Virus record (IMG/VR): IMGVR_UViG_3300047457_001195
Coordinates: 1 to 59,226 of that record
DNA: 59,226 bases
Source: a virus
Taxonomy: Duplodnaviria > Caudoviricetes
Strand: one strand, 5' to 3'
The notes under the pieces were generated by a model that was given only the letters and a program-made list of their open reading frames with translations, made no database searches and had not been told where the DNA came from. Below, in pieces: positions 18,381 through 29,486 of this stretch. Made by a program: the position numbers and the translations under genes. Each line of letters begins with the position of its first letter. Position 1 is the first letter of the stretch.

Positions 18381-21300
18381 TTATCCTATATCAACATAAG
18401 TTTGACCTGGTTGCAGAGTTATTCCATATAAAGAATAGTTTTCTGCAACATAACCTGCGCCCGGGCTGTCTGGTTGAAGGGCAACTGTTCCTGTGGTTAT
18501 TGCAACATCGCTTAACAAAGAAGCAGAAGCGCCTGTTCTAAAACTAGTAGGTTGCGAAGCACTTGTTCTTATTCCAAACCAGAATCCTCTTGGCACAGCC
18601 TGTGTATTATTTACAAAACTAGAAAATACTTTAACCTGATTAGCTAATTGAGTAACTGTGCTTTTAAATCCGAACCCATTAACAATATCTGCTCGTTGAG
18701 GAACAAAGCTAGTGGCTGTGCTCCATGTCCAGAAGCTTGGATATGTAAAAGTTGTAGAAGGGTTAGAAGTTGTATTGGTTACAGTGGCAGCATAACTCGC
18801 ACCGGTTACAGCTACAGGTCTTGTAAATGTTGTGCTATTTGTCACTGTTCTGGTATCACTGGTATTATTTTTATGCACAGGGGTTGTAAACACAAATGTT
18901 CCTGATCCTATAGGATTTGAAACTGAACCACCGCTAGCTGTTACTGCATTTAAGTAGTTAGCAGAATTAGTTATTCCAGTAATAGATACAGTATAAGCTA
19001 CGTCAGTATAGCGTCCTAAGAATGTCTGACCTGTTAAGCTACCTAACGAAACCCCCATAGTAGGTGTAGCCCAATTTATATTGAATGTAGCACTAGATGT
19101 ATTATATGGTTGTTCGATGCTATTATTTGTATAGTTAAATGCAACTCGACTACTAGCCGAACCTCCTGAAATTGTAGTTGAATAAGGACGAATCCATCCA
19201 TTAGTAAATGATCTAGTCCAATCTACACCACCGGCTGGTGTGGCACTGTAACTTCCAGCTGTAAATGTTCCTAATGCTGCTACAAATCCTGTTATACTGC
19301 TTATAGATAGAACACTACTAATATAAGATTCTGTAAAGTCTGTAGGATTATCAACACTTACACTAAATCCAGTTGCAGCAACATCCCAGTTTAAAGAACT
19401 GCTCGGTAATGGCGAAGCAGTAAATGCTGGAGTAAATGTAGCGATAGTTAACCTTAACAAATTATTCGAAAACTCAGCAGTTCTTACAGGTTGAACACCG
19501 ACACCATCATTATATCCTGTTAAAATTCTATAATTACCCGAAGTTGTCCAAACTAAAGAACTATCACCTTGCGGTCCAGTTACCCCTTGCGGTCCTTGTG
19601 GTCCTTCTGGTCCAGTTGGCCCAGTTACGCCTTGTGGCCCTTGCGGACCAGTTACTCCTTGTGGCCCTTGCGGACCAGTTACGCCTTGAGGGCCTTCTGG
19701 TCCAGTTACTCCTTGTGGCCCTTGTGCTCCTTGCGGTCCTACAGGACCGACAATAGTTCCTACATCAGTCCATGTTCCTGATCCATAAACCCAAAGATGT
19801 CCATCATTTGATGTAATATAACCGTCACCGTTATTACCTATATAAGGATAAGGCAACCCTGCTTGTGTAGATGTTGATCCAATAATAGTAACACTGGTTC
19901 CATCATCACCTTTAGGTCCGCTAGGTCCAGTTGGTCCTGTTACACCTTGTGGGCCTTGTGGACCAGTTACACCTTGTGGTCCTTGTGGTCCTGTTACGCC
20001 TTGTGGTCCTTGTGGTCCAGTTACACCCTGTGGTCCTTCTGGTCCAGTTACACCCTGTGGTCCTTGTGGACCAGTTACGCCCTGTGGTCCTTGTGGTCCG
20101 GTAACTCCTTGTGGTCCTTCTGGTCCAGTAACTCCTTGTGGTCCTTCTGGTCCAGTTGGTCCAGTTACACCCTGCGGTCCTTGTGGTCCAGTTACACCTT
20201 GTGGTCCCTGCGGTCCAGTTACACCTTGTGGTCCTTCTGGTCCAGTTGGTCCAGTTACACCCTGCGGTCCCTGTGGTCCGGTAACACCTTGTGGCCCCTG
20301 CGGTCCGGTTACACCTTGTGGTCCTTCTGGTCCGGTTGGTCCAGTTACGCCCTGCGGTCCTTGTGGACCAGTTACACCTTGTGGTCCTTGTGGTCCTGTT
20401 ACGCCCTGCGGTCCTTGTGGTCCGGTTACACCTTGTGGTCCTTCTGGTCCGGTTACACCTTGTGGTCCTTGTGGTCCGGTAACTCCTTGTGGTCCTTGTG
20501 GACCAGTTACGCCCTGCGGTCCTTCTGGCCCAGTTACACCTTGCGGTCCCTGTGGTCCGGTAACACCTTGTGGCCCTTGCGGACCGGTTACTCCTTGTGG
20601 ACCTTCTGGTCCTGTAACTCCTTGCGGTCCTTGCGGTCCTGTAACTCCTTGCGGTCCTTGCGGTCCTGTAACTCCTTGTGGTCCTTGTGGACCTTCTGGT
20701 CCAGTTACACCCTGAGGTCCTTGCGGTCCAGTTACACCCTGAGGTCCTTGTGCTCCTTGAGGTCCTTGAGCACCAGCAGGACCGACAATCTGTCCTACAC
20801 TTGTCCATGTATTGCTGGCATAAACCCAAAGATCGCCATCGGATTCTACTATATAACCGTCACCGGGTTGACCTAAGTAAGGAAAAGGAAGTAACGAGTC
20901 TGTGCTTGTAGATCCTACAATTTTTACACTAGTTCCATCATCTCCTTTAGGTCCACTAGGGCCTGTTGGTCCTGTAACGCCCTGCGGTCCAGTTACGCCC
21001 TGCGGTCCTTCTGGTCCAGTTGGTCCAGTTACACCTTGAGGTCCTTGTGGTCCGGTTACACCTTGCGGACCTTCTGGTCCTGTTGGTCCCGTGACACCTT
21101 GTGGACCTTGTGGACCAGTTACACCTTGTGGACCTTGTGGACCAGTTACACCTTGTGGACCTTCCGGTCCAGTGACGCCTTGCGGTCCTTGTGGACCAGT
21201 TACTCCTTGTGGACCTTGTGGACCAGTTACTCCTTGTGGACCTTCCGGTCCAGTGACGCCCTGCGGTCCTTGTGGTCCAGTTACGCCTTGAGGTCCCTGT

Positions 21301-24300
21301 GGGCCAGTTACACCTTGTGGTCCTTCTGGTCCGGTTGGTCCAGTTACACCTTGTGGACCTTGCGGTCCTGTAACTCCTTGTGGGCCTTGAGGACCGGTAA
21401 CGCCTTGTGGGCCTTGAATTCCTTCTGGTCCAGTAACTCCTTGTGGTCCTTCTGGTCCAGTTGGTCCAGTTACGCCCTGTGGTCCTTGTGGACCAGTTAC
21501 TCCTTGTGGTCCTTCTGGTCCAGTTGGACCGGTAACGCCTTGTGGACCCTGTGGTCCTGTTACGCCTTGTGGTCCTGTTACGCCTTGTGGTCCTTCTGGT
21601 CCAGTTACACCTTGTGGGCCTTGCGGGCCGGTTACACCTTGTGGTCCTTCTGGTCCGGTTACACCTTGTGGTCCTTCTGGTCCGGTTACACCTTGCGGTC
21701 CTTGTGGTCCGGTTACACCTTGTGGACCTTCTGGTCCAGTTGGTCCTGTTACGCCTTGTGGGCCTTGTGGACCAGTTACGCCTTGAGGACCTTCTGGTCC
21801 AGTTGGTCCAGTTACGCCCTGTGGTCCTTGTGGACCAGTTACTCCTTGTGGACCTTCTGGTCCAGTTGGTCCAGTTACGCCCTGTGGTCCTTGTGGACCA
21901 GTTACTCCTTGTGGACCTTCTGGACCGGTTACACCTTGAGGTCCTTGCGGTCCAGTTACTCCTTGTGGTCCTTGCGGTCCTGTAACTCCTTGTGGACCTT
22001 CTGGACCAGTAACTCCTTGCGGTCCTTGTGGACCAGTAACTCCTTGTGGTCCTTGCGGTCCAGTTACACCTTGTGGTCCTTCTGGCCCTGTTACACCTTG
22101 TGGTCCTTGTGGCCCAGTTACACCTTGTGGTCCTTGCGGTCCTGTTACTCCTTGTGGACCTTCTGGTCCGGTAACTCCTTGAGGTCCTTGTGGTCCGGTA
22201 ACTCCTTGAGGTCCTTGTGGTCCAGTTACACCTTGTGGTCCTTCTGGTCCAGTTACACCTTGTGGTCCTTGTGGTCCTTGTGGACCAGTTACACCTTGTG
22301 GTCCTTGTGGCCCTGTTACGCCTTGAGGGCCTTCTGGTCCTGTTGGTCCTGTTACACCTTGTGGTCCGGTAACTCCTTGTGGTCCTTGAGCTCCTTGTGG
22401 TCCTTGAGCTCCTTCTGGTCCGACAATAGTTCCTACATCCGTCCATGTTCCTGATCCATAGACCCAAAGATGTCCATTATCAGAGGTAATATACCCGTCC
22501 CCGTTATTACCTACATAAGGATAGGGTATTCCTGCCTGGGTAGAGGTAGTTCCAATAATAGTAACACTGGTTCCGTCATCACCTTTAGGTCCGCTAGGTC
22601 CAGTCGGACCTGTAACACCTTGTGGTCCTTCTGGTCCAGTTACACCTTGTGGTCCTTGTGGCCCAGTTACGCCCTGCGGGCCTTGTGGTCCTGTTACACC
22701 TTGCGGTCCTTCTGGTCCCGTCGGACCTGTAACACCTTGAGGTCCTTGTGGCCCAGTTACACCTTGTGGTCCTTGTGGTCCGGTTACACCTTGTGGTCCT
22801 TCAGGCCCAGTTACACCTTGTGGTCCCTGCGGTCCTGTAACTCCTTGTGGTCCTTGTGGTCCGGTTACACCTTGTGGTCCTTCAGGCCCAGTTACACCTT
22901 GTGGTCCCTGCGGTCCTGTAACTCCTTGTGGTCCTTGTGGCCCTGTTACACCCTGCGGTCCTTCTGGTCCAGTTACACCTTGCGGTCCTTGTGGCCCAGT
23001 AACTCCTTGTGGTCCTTGTGGCCCTGTTACACCTTGTGGTCCTTCTGGTCCTGTTACACCTTGGGGTCCTTGTGGACCAGTAACTCCTTGTGGTCCCTGT
23101 GGACCTGTAACACCTTGTGGTCCTTCTGGTCCAGTTACGCCTTGTGGCCCTTGTGGTCCAGTTACGCCTTGCGGTCCCTGTGGTCCTGTTACACCTTGCG
23201 GTCCTTCTGGTCCAGTTACGCCTTGTGGCCCTTGTGGTCCAGTTACACCTTGCGGTCCCTGTGGACCCGTTACGCCTTGTGGTCCTTCTGGTCCTGTTGG
23301 TCCAGTGACACCTTGTGGTCCCTGTGGTCCGGTTACACCTTGTGGTCCTTGTGGCCCTGTTACGCCTTGAGGGCCTTCTGGTCCAGTTGGTCCAGTGACG
23401 CCTTGTGGTCCAGTTACACCTTGCGGTCCTTGTGGTCCGGTTACACCTTGTGGTCCTTGTGGTCCAGTTACACCTTGAGGTCCTTGCGGACCGGTTACGC
23501 CCTGCGGACCTTCTGGTCCTGTTGGTCCAGTAACACCTTGTGGTCCTTGTGGTCCAGTTACACCCTGCGGTCCTTCTGGTCCTGTCGGACCTGTTACGCC
23601 TTGGGGTCCTGTTACACCTTGGGGTCCTATAGGACCGACAATTGTTCCTACATCAGTCCATGTCCCTGATCCGTAAACCCAAAGATGTCCATCGTTGGAT
23701 GTAATATAACCGTCTCCGGCAATTCCTCCGTAGGGATAAGGTAATCCTGCCTGTGTAGACGTAGATCCAATAATAGTAACACTGGTTCCGTCATCCCCTT
23801 TAGGTCCGCTAGGTCCAGTCGGGCCAGTTACACCTTGTGGGCCTTGTGGACCAGTTACACCTTGTGGGCCTTCTGGTCCTGTTACGCCCTGTGGTCCTTG
23901 TGGTCCAGTTACGCCCTGCGGTCCTTGGGGCCCAGTAACTCCTTGTGGTCCAGTTACGCCCTGTGGACCTTCTGGTCCGGTTACACCTTGTGGGCCTTCT
24001 GGTCCGGTTACACCTTGAGGTCCTTGCGGTCCAGTTACTCCTTGTGGTCCGGTAACACCTTGTGGTCCTATTACATTTCCAGCATTAAAACTTCCACCGT
24101 CGTCGGTATAAACAATTAAATCACCATTAAGATCTACATCAACATTTGTTATGCTTACGCCGGATGGACCTGTAGGTCCAGTAACACCTTGCGGTCCTTG
24201 TGGTCCAGTTACACCTTGCGGTCCTTCTGGTCCTGTTGGTCCAGTTACACCCTGCGGTCCTTGTGGTCCAGTTACACCTTGCGGTCCCTGTGGTCCAGTT

Positions 24301-25835
24301 ACACCTTGCGGTCCTTCTGGTCCTGTTGGTCCAGTGACGCCTTCTGGTCCAGTTACACCTTGTGGTCCTTGTGGTCCGGTTACACCTTGCGGTCCTTCTG
24401 GTCCTGTTGGTCCAGTTACACCTTGTGGTCCTTGTGGTCCGGTTACACCTTGTGGTCCAGTAACACCTTGCGGTCCTTCTGGTCCTGTTGGTCCAGTGAC
24501 GCCTTGTGGTCCTTGTGGTCCAGTAACACCTTGTGGTCCTTCTGGTCCTGTTGGTCCGGTTACACCTTGCGGACCTTGTGGACCAGTTACGCCCTGCGGG
24601 CCTTGTGGTCCTGTTACACCTTGTGGTCCTGTTACACCTTGTGGTCCTTGAGCTCCTTCTGGGCCTACTACTGTTCCTACATCAGTCCAAGTTCCCGATC
24701 CATATATCCATAAATGACCGTCATTTGATGTAATATAACCGTCACCGTCTATTCCCCCGTAAGGAAATGGTAATCCAGCTTGAGTTGATGTAGTGCCTTT
24801 TAAGGTTATACTAGTCCCGTCTTCTCCTTTAGGTCCGCTAGGACCGGTAGGTCCAGTTACACCTTGTGGTCCCTGCGGTCCTGTAACTCCTTGTGGCCCT
24901 TGTGGACCAGTTACACCTTGTGGTCCTTCTGGTCCAGTTACACCTTGTGGTCCCTGCGGTCCTGTAACTCCTTGTGGACCTTCTGGTCCGGTTACACCTT
25001 GCGGTCCTTGTGGTCCAGTTACACCTTGTGGTCCCTGCGGTCCTGTAACTCCTTGTGGACCTTCTGGTCCGGTTACACCTTGTGGTCCTTCTGGTCCGGT
25101 TGGGCCGGTTACACCTTGCGGACCTTGTGGACCGGTAACTCCTTGCGGACCTTGTGGACCGGTAACTCCTTGCGGACCTTGTGGTCCGGTTGGGCCGGTT
25201 ACACCTTGTGGTCCTTGTGGACCAGTGACTCCTTGTGGTCCCTGTGGACCAGTAACTCCTTGTGGTCCCTGTGGACCAGTGACTCCTTGTGGTCCGGTTG
25301 GTCCACCGCTAGGACCAGTTGGCCCAGCAGGACCTGTAGGACCGACACTGCCTGTTACAAGGCTACCATTTACATATATTCCTCCGCCAATAACACTTAC
25401 TGTATTTCCGCCTAGAACAAAGGTGCTAGAGCTCAAATATAGACTATAGAAAGGACTTGTAGGACTACCTATATTAAAAGTTCCCGGAATGCCAGGAACA
25501 ATATTTGTTAAAACATTAGTTAGGTCAGTAGCCGACGAGCCCCCGCTGCCGCCTTTTAAAACAACTTTAGCTTGCCCGTTCCCAACATCGACAACATCAA
25601 AACTAGCTTCATCAAATGTAAGAGAAGTAACATTTGTTACTGTGCTTGTAACAGTATTGCTTGAAGAAATTAGAGCTATTTTTAGGCTGCTAATTAGCTT
25701 ACCACCAGGAGTTACATCGTCTCCCAGTCTTAGCTCACCTAATACCTCGTCATACCATATGGTTCCCTTAGGACCTACCCAAGATGAGGCCTCTACGGTT
25801 ATAACTCTGCCTGCTTCTATCTTACGTATAGGCAT
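18381..25835 (-). CDS. Giant collagen-like fibre protein (2484 aa) with periodic globular interruptions and Ser/Thr-rich C-terminal domain
   Basis: About 1,600 residues of Gly-X-Y ([12 protein letters not shown]) interrupted by six short non-collagen inserts. Confidence 0.92.
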   Translation of the reverse strand: MPIRKIEAGRVITVEASSWVGPKGTIWYDEVLGELRLGDDVTPGGKLISSLKIALISSSNTVTSTVTNVTSLTFDEASFDVVDVGNGQAKVVLKGGSGGSSATDLTNVLTNIVPGIPGTFNIGSPTSPFYSLYLSSSTFVLGGNTVSVIGGGIYVNGSLVTGSVGPTGPAGPTGPSGGPTGPQGVTGPQGPQGVTGPQGPQGVTGPQGPQGVTGPTGPQGPQGVTGPQGPQGVTGPQGPQGVTGPTGPEGPQGVTGPEGPQGVTGPQGPQGVTGPQGPQGVTGPEGPQGVTGPQGPQGVTGPEGPQGVTGPQGPQGVTGPQGPQGVTGPTGPSGPKGEDGTSITLKGTTSTQAGLPFPYGGIDGDGYITSNDGHLWIYGSGTWTDVGTVVGPEGAQGPQGVTGPQGVTGPQGPQGVTGPQGPQGVTGPTGPEGPQGVTGPQGPQGVTGPTGPEGPQGVTGPQGVTGPQGPQGVTGPTGPEGPQGVTGPQGPQGVTGPEGVTGPTGPEGPQGVTGPQGPQGVTGPQGPQGVTGPTGPEGPQGVTGPQGPQGVTGPTGPSGVSITNVDVDLNGDLIVYTDDGGSFNAGNVIGPQGVTGPQGVTGPQGPQGVTGPEGPQGVTGPEGPQGVTGPQGVTGPQGPQGVTGPQGPQGVTGPEGPQGVTGPQGPQGVTGPTGPSGPKGDDGTSVTIIGSTSTQAGLPYPYGGIAGDGYITSNDGHLWVYGSGTWTDVGTIVGPIGPQGVTGPQGVTGPTGPEGPQGVTGPQGPQGVTGPTGPEGPQGVTGPQGPQGVTGPQGPQGVTGPQGPQGVTGPQGVTGPTGPEGPQGVTGPQGPQGVTGPQGPQGVTGPTGPEGPQGVTGPQGPQGVTGPQGPQGVTGPEGPQGVTGPQGPQGVTGPQGPQGVTGPEGPQGVTGPQGPQGVTGPQGPQGVTGPEGPQGVTGPQGPQGVTGPQGPQGVTGPEGPQGVTGPQGPQGVTGPQGPQGVTGPEGPQGVTGPQGPQGVTGPQGPQGVTGPEGPQGVTGPQGPQGVTGPQGPQGVTGPTGPEGPQGVTGPQGPQGVTGPQGPQGVTGPEGPQGVTGPTGPSGPKGDDGTSVTIIGTTSTQAGIPYPYVGNNGDGYITSDNGHLWVYGSGTWTDVGTIVGPEGAQGPQGAQGPQGVTGPQGVTGPTGPEGPQGVTGPQGPQGVTGPQGPQGPQGVTGPEGPQGVTGPQGPQGVTGPQGPQGVTGPEGPQGVTGPQGPQGVTGPQGPQGVTGPEGPQGVTGPQGPQGVTGPQGPQGVTGPEGPQGVTGPQGPQGVTGPQGPQGVTGPEGPQGVTGPQGPQGVTGPTGPEGPQGVTGPQGPQGVTGPTGPEGPQGVTGPQGPQGVTGPTGPEGPQGVTGPQGPQGVTGPEGPQGVTGPEGPQGVTGPQGPQGVTGPEGPQGVTGPQGVTGPQGPQGVTGPTGPEGPQGVTGPQGPQGVTGPTGPEGPQGVTGPEGIQGPQGVTGPQGPQGVTGPQGPQGVTGPTGPEGPQGVTGPQGPQGVTGPQGPQGVTGPEGPQGVTGPQGPQGVTGPQGPQGVTGPEGPQGVTGPQGPQGVTGPQGPQGVTGPTGPEGPQGVTGPQGPQGVTGPTGPEGPQGVTGPQGVTGPTGPSGPKGDDGTSVKIVGSTSTDSLLPFPYLGQPGDGYIVESDGDLWVYASNTWTSVGQIVGPAGAQGPQGAQGPQGVTGPQGPQGVTGPEGPQGPQGVTGPQGPQGVTGPQGPQGVTGPEGPQGVTGPQGPQGVTGPQGPQGVTGPEGPQGVTGPQGPQGVTGPQGPQGVTGPEGPQGVTGPQGPQGVTGPQGPQGVTGPQGPQGVTGPTGPEGPQGVTGPQGPQGVTGPQGPQGVTGPTGPEGPQGVTGPQGPQGVTGPQGPQGVTGPTGPEGPQGVTGPEGPQGVTGPQGPQGVTGPQGPQGVTGPEGPQGVTGPQGPQGVTGPQGPQGVTGPQGPQGVTGPTGPSGPKGDDGTSVTIIGSTSTQAGLPYPYIGNNGDGYITSNDGHLWVYGSGTWTDVGTIVGPVGPQGAQGPQGVTGPEGPQGVTGPQGPQGVTGPQGPQGVTGPTGPEGPQGPQGVTGPQGDSSLVWTTSGNYRILTGYNDGVGVQPVRTAEFSNNLLRLTIATFTPAFTASPLPSSSLNWDVAATGFSVSVDNPTDFTESYISSVLSISSITGFVAALGTFTAGSYSATPAGGVDWTRSFTNGWIRPYSTTISGGSASSRVAFNYTNNSIEQPYNTSSATFNINWATPTMGVSLGSLTGQTFLGRYTDVAYTVSITGITNSANYLNAVTASGGSVSNPIGSGTFVFTTPVHKNNTSDTRTVTNSTTFTRPVAVTGASYAATVTNTTSNPSTTFTYPSFWTWSTATSFVPQRADIVNGFGFKSTVTQLANQVKVFSSFVNNTQAVPRGFWFGIRTSASQPTSFRTGASASLLSDVAITTGTVALQPDSPGAGYVAENYSLYGITLQPGQTYVDIG
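19570..25350 (-). repeat. Collagen-coding degenerate tandem repeat (9/27/81-nt periodicity)
   Basis: Plus strand repeats such as ggtccagttacaccttgtggtccttgt with synonymous variation. Confidence 0.95.
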
Positions 25836-25859
25836 TTGGGCTCGCTCCTAGTTGGCCCT

Positions 25860-26114
25860 TTACGGCAGTTGTTTTGTATCTGGATCTACTTCGTCTTGTG
25901 TTAGATCTGCGATAACAGGGCTTAATTTACCCTGATCTGCCTTTTGAAGTTCAATCTGTTGCTGTAATGGGGGAACCATTACAGGATCTTGCTTTAATTG
26001 TGATGGATCTGCCGGCTCGTCCTTGTTATTTTGACCCATTTCTAGTTCTGGATCACCGTCACCATTAATTTTTATGGTTATTGGAACATTGATTACAAAT
26101 TCTCTGGCTCTCAT
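25860..26114 (-). CDS. Small acidic protein with MRAREF N-terminus (possible head-packaged protein)
   Basis: 84 aa; PVMVPPLQQQIELQK motif; CATAAATA 7 nt upstream. Confidence 0.65.
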   Translation of the reverse strand: MRAREFVINVPITIKINGDGDPELEMGQNNKDEPADPSQLKQDPVMVPPLQQQIELQKADQGKLSPVIADLTQDEVDPDTKQLP

Positions 26115-26121
26115 AATAAGG

Positions 26122-26129
26122 TATTTATG
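26122..26129 (-). promoter_or_regulatory. Putative late promoter CATAAATA
   Basis: TAAATA core 7 nt before ATG at 26114; no Shine-Dalgarno. Confidence 0.5.
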
Positions 26130-26312
26130 TTAGTGAATCATTCCGAACCATACTATCGCTGCGACAATTAATAAGGGAATCCACCAGGATATAAAGTATC
26201 CAGTTAATAGGCAAATATTCAGCCATGCTAGATGATAAAGGTGGTAAAACCAAGGTATATTAATTACACCAAGAAGTTTTTGCTTCACCGAAATATTCTC
26301 TTGCGTAACCAT
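26130..26312 (-). CDS. Possible small membrane protein
   Basis: Hydrophobic 60-aa ORF filling an otherwise empty gap; overlaps the nuclease 3' end; start uncertain. Confidence 0.35.
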   Translation of the reverse strand: MVTQENISVKQKLLGVINIPWFYHLYHLAWLNICLLTGYFISWWIPLLIVAAIVWFGMIH

Positions 26313-26694
26313 TTTTTATTAATTCTGCTCTTAGACTTACACCGTTAAGAATTAGATCACCTAAGACCCGCCCACCAAACTTATCCCATCCATATAGAAC
26401 AACCTGATGTTTTTGTGTAGAGGCTACTGCATTTTTTGTAAAGGCTGTAGCTGCCTGTCCACGCTGATCTTCTGAAGGACATTGTGCTCTAAATCCCTTT
26501 TCAGGTGTGTCTACTCCAAATACACGCACCGCTAGCTCCGGCTTTAATGGTGCTGGCAAGAACGGTGCTGCGATTACCACAGTGTCTCCATCATTTACTC
26601 TAACAATTTTAGCATCATAGGTTACACCCTGTGGTGTTTTTTGTGCAAATGCCAATGCTGGTAGCATTGCTAATAATACTAATAACTTTTTCAT
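26260..26694 (-). CDS. Staphylococcal-nuclease (SNase/thermonuclease) family protein with signal peptide
   Basis: DGDT, RVFGVDTPE, DKFGGRVLG, ELIKNGYA motifs. Start moved to MKKLLVLLAMLPALAFA (AAAGGA upstream). Confidence 0.85.
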   Translation of the reverse strand: MKKLLVLLAMLPALAFAQKTPQGVTYDAKIVRVNDGDTVVIAAPFLPAPLKPELAVRVFGVDTPEKGFRAQCPSEDQRGQAATAFTKNAVASTQKHQVVLYGWDKFGGRVLGDLILNGVSLRAELIKNGYAREYFGEAKTSWCN

Positions 26695-26704
26695 TATCAA
26701 TCCT

Positions 26705-28042
26705 TTAATAAATTTCACGCCATTGCATACTAACTCGAGCAGTGCCATCGGCAGATCCTATGTTAGAAACAACAACAACAAAAACTTCACTGCTAGTGCT
26801 CGAATAATTTTGAACAATGTAATTCTTTTTTGCTGTGCTAGGTAAGTTGCTAGGAGGTGCACCAGCTGATTTTTGGCTTCCTTGAGTAGTAGCCGCTAGA
26901 TATCCTCCATCAATTTGTTCACCCCCAGTAAAGGCAGTAGCACTATCATTATATTCAACACCACTGCCATCATTAACACTAACCCAGTTAGTAGATGTAG
27001 TAAGAAAACTAGAATCTGGTAACTTAATCAATTTCCATTCCATATTTTCCTGTGTGCCAAAAATGTTAACATTACCCATTCTAGCAATCATTCTATTAGG
27101 ATAACTTCTAAAAGTATTTTTTAACCTAATAGCCAATATAGGAACTGTGGTTCCATCTAACATGGTTCTAGCTGTAGGGCTGTTTATACTCCAATCTTGC
27201 CCTGCTTCTAAATAACCGCCTTCTGATATAACAGTAGAGCATATTTGATCAAAATACGCTACAGTGGCAGTAGACGTTGTCATTATTTCACATCTTACAG
27301 GTAAATTAGGATTACTCATGTATACCGTAGGTAAATTATTTGAATGGTGAAAGCTATGACAAGGAACATAAGAGCCTTCATGAACAAATCCCACTGTAAC
27401 AGTGCCAACTCCTAACCATTGAAATTCTATAAAAGTTAATTGTGTTTTTGTAATATCTAAATTAAACAAACTTCCACCTGTGCCGTCGCAGGTGTCTATA
27501 TTCCATTCAGATTGTGGTTTACGAGTTTCCTCTGTAATACCATTAACGAAAGTTCTAATTACCCAACTCAATTGACCGTTACCAGATTGCTCAAAAAATA
27601 TTCCATTATTACTATCAAAATAACCAGTTCGTTTGGTTACCCCAGGTGTAGCAGAATAAAAATTAAAACTAGAAAGTATCTGTTGGCTCTTTCCTGGCAT
27701 ATAGTGGTGGTAAAACTTAGTTTGATGAATTACTGTGCAGGTATTAGAGCTAGTTGTTTGCAATCTAGCACAAGCTTTGTTAGGCTGGAAAGTTACACTA
27801 CCACCATTAGGCATATAATCTACAAAATTAGGATCTAATCCATAAAGATGTTTATAATCGCCAAGTGTAAACGGAGAACTCATTCTTAAGCGACCAAAGG
27901 CATCGCTTTGTCCTACCTTCAATGTTGTTCTAAGAACTGGTTGTCCTAAAGCATTATATTCCATAGACTTATGGACATTAAGAAGATTTCCTTCTTGTGG
28001 ATGTTCATAATTTGTAGAATTTTGATAACGATCTACGGCCAT
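26705..28042 (-). CDS. Putative virion structural protein (DAFGRLR type, beta-sandwich)
   Basis: SDAFGRLR.S.PFTL, Y.PGKSQ, FQWLGVG.V..GF, NLPVRCEI motifs. Confidence 0.65.
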   Translation of the reverse strand: MAVDRYQNSTNYEHPQEGNLLNVHKSMEYNALGQPVLRTTLKVGQSDAFGRLRMSSPFTLGDYKHLYGLDPNFVDYMPNGGSVTFQPNKACARLQTTSSNTCTVIHQTKFYHHYMPGKSQQILSSFNFYSATPGVTKRTGYFDSNNGIFFEQSGNGQLSWVIRTFVNGITEETRKPQSEWNIDTCDGTGGSLFNLDITKTQLTFIEFQWLGVGTVTVGFVHEGSYVPCHSFHHSNNLPTVYMSNPNLPVRCEIMTTSTATVAYFDQICSTVISEGGYLEAGQDWSINSPTARTMLDGTTVPILAIRLKNTFRSYPNRMIARMGNVNIFGTQENMEWKLIKLPDSSFLTTSTNWVSVNDGSGVEYNDSATAFTGGEQIDGGYLAATTQGSQKSAGAPPSNLPSTAKKNYIVQNYSSTSSEVFVVVVSNIGSADGTARVSMQWREIY

Positions 28043-28083
28043 AGAATAATTTCTAAATTAAAATTGATAAACATAGTCACAGG

Positions 28084-29184
28084 TTATACCCCATACCTGC
28101 TTCTTGTAGCCCTAAATGTAATGTCTATTTCATCTGCTGTCATTGCTCGACTATAAATCATCTGTTCGCCAAGACTACCTATGTAAGGATAGCTACCTGT
28201 AGGGTTTACTCCACCTGCGGTAAATGCTGAACGACCAAACCAAACTTCTTGATTGTTAGTGACCAATTGCGGATTAGCAAGGGTTTCATTAGCTTGAACT
28301 TTTAAAACATTATCAACATACAGATAAAGCTTTCCTGCTACAGTATCTCTTACAAATACAGCCATATGCCACGAATTATCAGCACAATTAGTTGCAGTCT
28401 GGATCCCTTGCGCTGTAGATGGAGAAGATGCTATGTCTCCATTGACGGTGCCATTGGACAACCAAATACGATAATTCCATGGACCTCCTGCTGTTGTTTC
28501 TTTTGAAACAATCATTCTAGGCACAACTGTATCATTACTACATTTAAACCAACTCATTACTGTAAAATTAGTAGCTGTAATAGACTGATTCATATCAATG
28601 TAATCATTATTACCGTCAAAGGTTAAGGCCTTATTAGTATATCCTACACCATTCGTTAACGTTCCAGTATAAGCATTTATTGACAAATCTGTAATACTAG
28701 TTCCCGAACCTGGATAACTATCTGTTGAAGAAGGATCTAAATACATTTGAAGACCTGATCGGGGAATATCAACCCACGGGCGTCCTACTAATAACCCATT
28801 AGGGTTAGAATTGTTAGTTGATGTATTTCCAAGATACTTTGTGGGTAACTCGTTCAGATCATAGATAGATCTTCGACCATCAAAAGACCTAGTAGCAGCA
28901 GCAATTTCAAGTTTCTGTATTTGCCTAGATTCCTTATCTCCAGATTGAATGGGTGTGCAAACTATGACGTCTCCATCTACAATTCCTAATGAGGAAAAAT
29001 TAGTAGCACTATTACTAATGCTATTGATAGAAGGGTCTTGATATAGACTTGCTTTATAGTAAGAAGAACTTAACCCTTCAGCAGTAGAAATCGTAGTTAT
29101 AAGATTATTAAAAGTAACTGTTGCTAATGTTACTGTTGCGCTGTTCTTGCTTCCTAGTAAACCCCAATAATAAAGGACTGCCAT
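28084..29184 (-). CDS. LamG/concanavalin-A-like domain virion protein
   Basis: GL.MYLD....SYPGSG...DLS, FDG.NDY, FTV..WF, WHM.VFV, IYSRAM. Confidence 0.8.
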   Translation of the reverse strand: MAVLYYWGLLGSKNSATVTLATVTFNNLITTISTAEGLSSSYYKASLYQDPSINSISNSATNFSSLGIVDGDVIVCTPIQSGDKESRQIQKLEIAAATRSFDGRRSIYDLNELPTKYLGNTSTNNSNPNGLLVGRPWVDIPRSGLQMYLDPSSTDSYPGSGTSITDLSINAYTGTLTNGVGYTNKALTFDGNNDYIDMNQSITATNFTVMSWFKCSNDTVVPRMIVSKETTAGGPWNYRIWLSNGTVNGDIASSPSTAQGIQTATNCADNSWHMAVFVRDTVAGKLYLYVDNVLKVQANETLANPQLVTNNQEVWFGRSAFTAGGVNPTGSYPYIGSLGEQMIYSRAMTADEIDITFRATRSRYGV

Positions 29185-29486
29185 TATTCTGCCCTATGTT
29201 GATGAGCTGGAAATAAACTGACGCTATCAGATCTCATATCAGCTGGATTCTTAGGACCATTCCAGCCTCCGCCTGCATCTACTGTCACACTATTAATACT
29301 AGCTACCTTTTCTGCTGGACTATTATTATACATTTGTTCATGCTCTTGACTGAGTAGGTCAAAGATTTGCCTAAAGCGATTGGTATCGACTCCAGTTTCG
29401 ATGGCATCCAATGAGCTGTGTTTTTCGTTGCAATCTATTTGATCAATAAGATCTAATACACCTCTAATAATTTCAGTAGCTCTCAT
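29184..29486 (-). CDS. Small protein with MRATEI N-terminus
   Basis: 100 aa; DAGGGWNGPKNPADMR motif; overlapping stop/start with both neighbours. Confidence 0.65.
   Translation of the reverse strand: MRATEIIRGVLDLIDQIDCNEKHSSLDAIETGVDTNRFRQIFDLLSQEHEQMYNNSPAEKVASINSVTVDAGGGWNGPKNPADMRSDSVSLFPAHQHRAE

Noticed and set aside
19570-25350. Possible CRISPR array or satellite DNA
   Set aside because: No unique spacers between identical repeats; variation is synonymous and in frame, so it is protein-coding.
19544-25449. Many long alternative-frame and antisense ORFs (up to 503 aa; Trp/Ser, Arg/Thr or Cys/Pro rich) over the collagen gene
   Set aside because: Expected shadows of a stop-poor 9-nt periodic repeat; no independent start signals.
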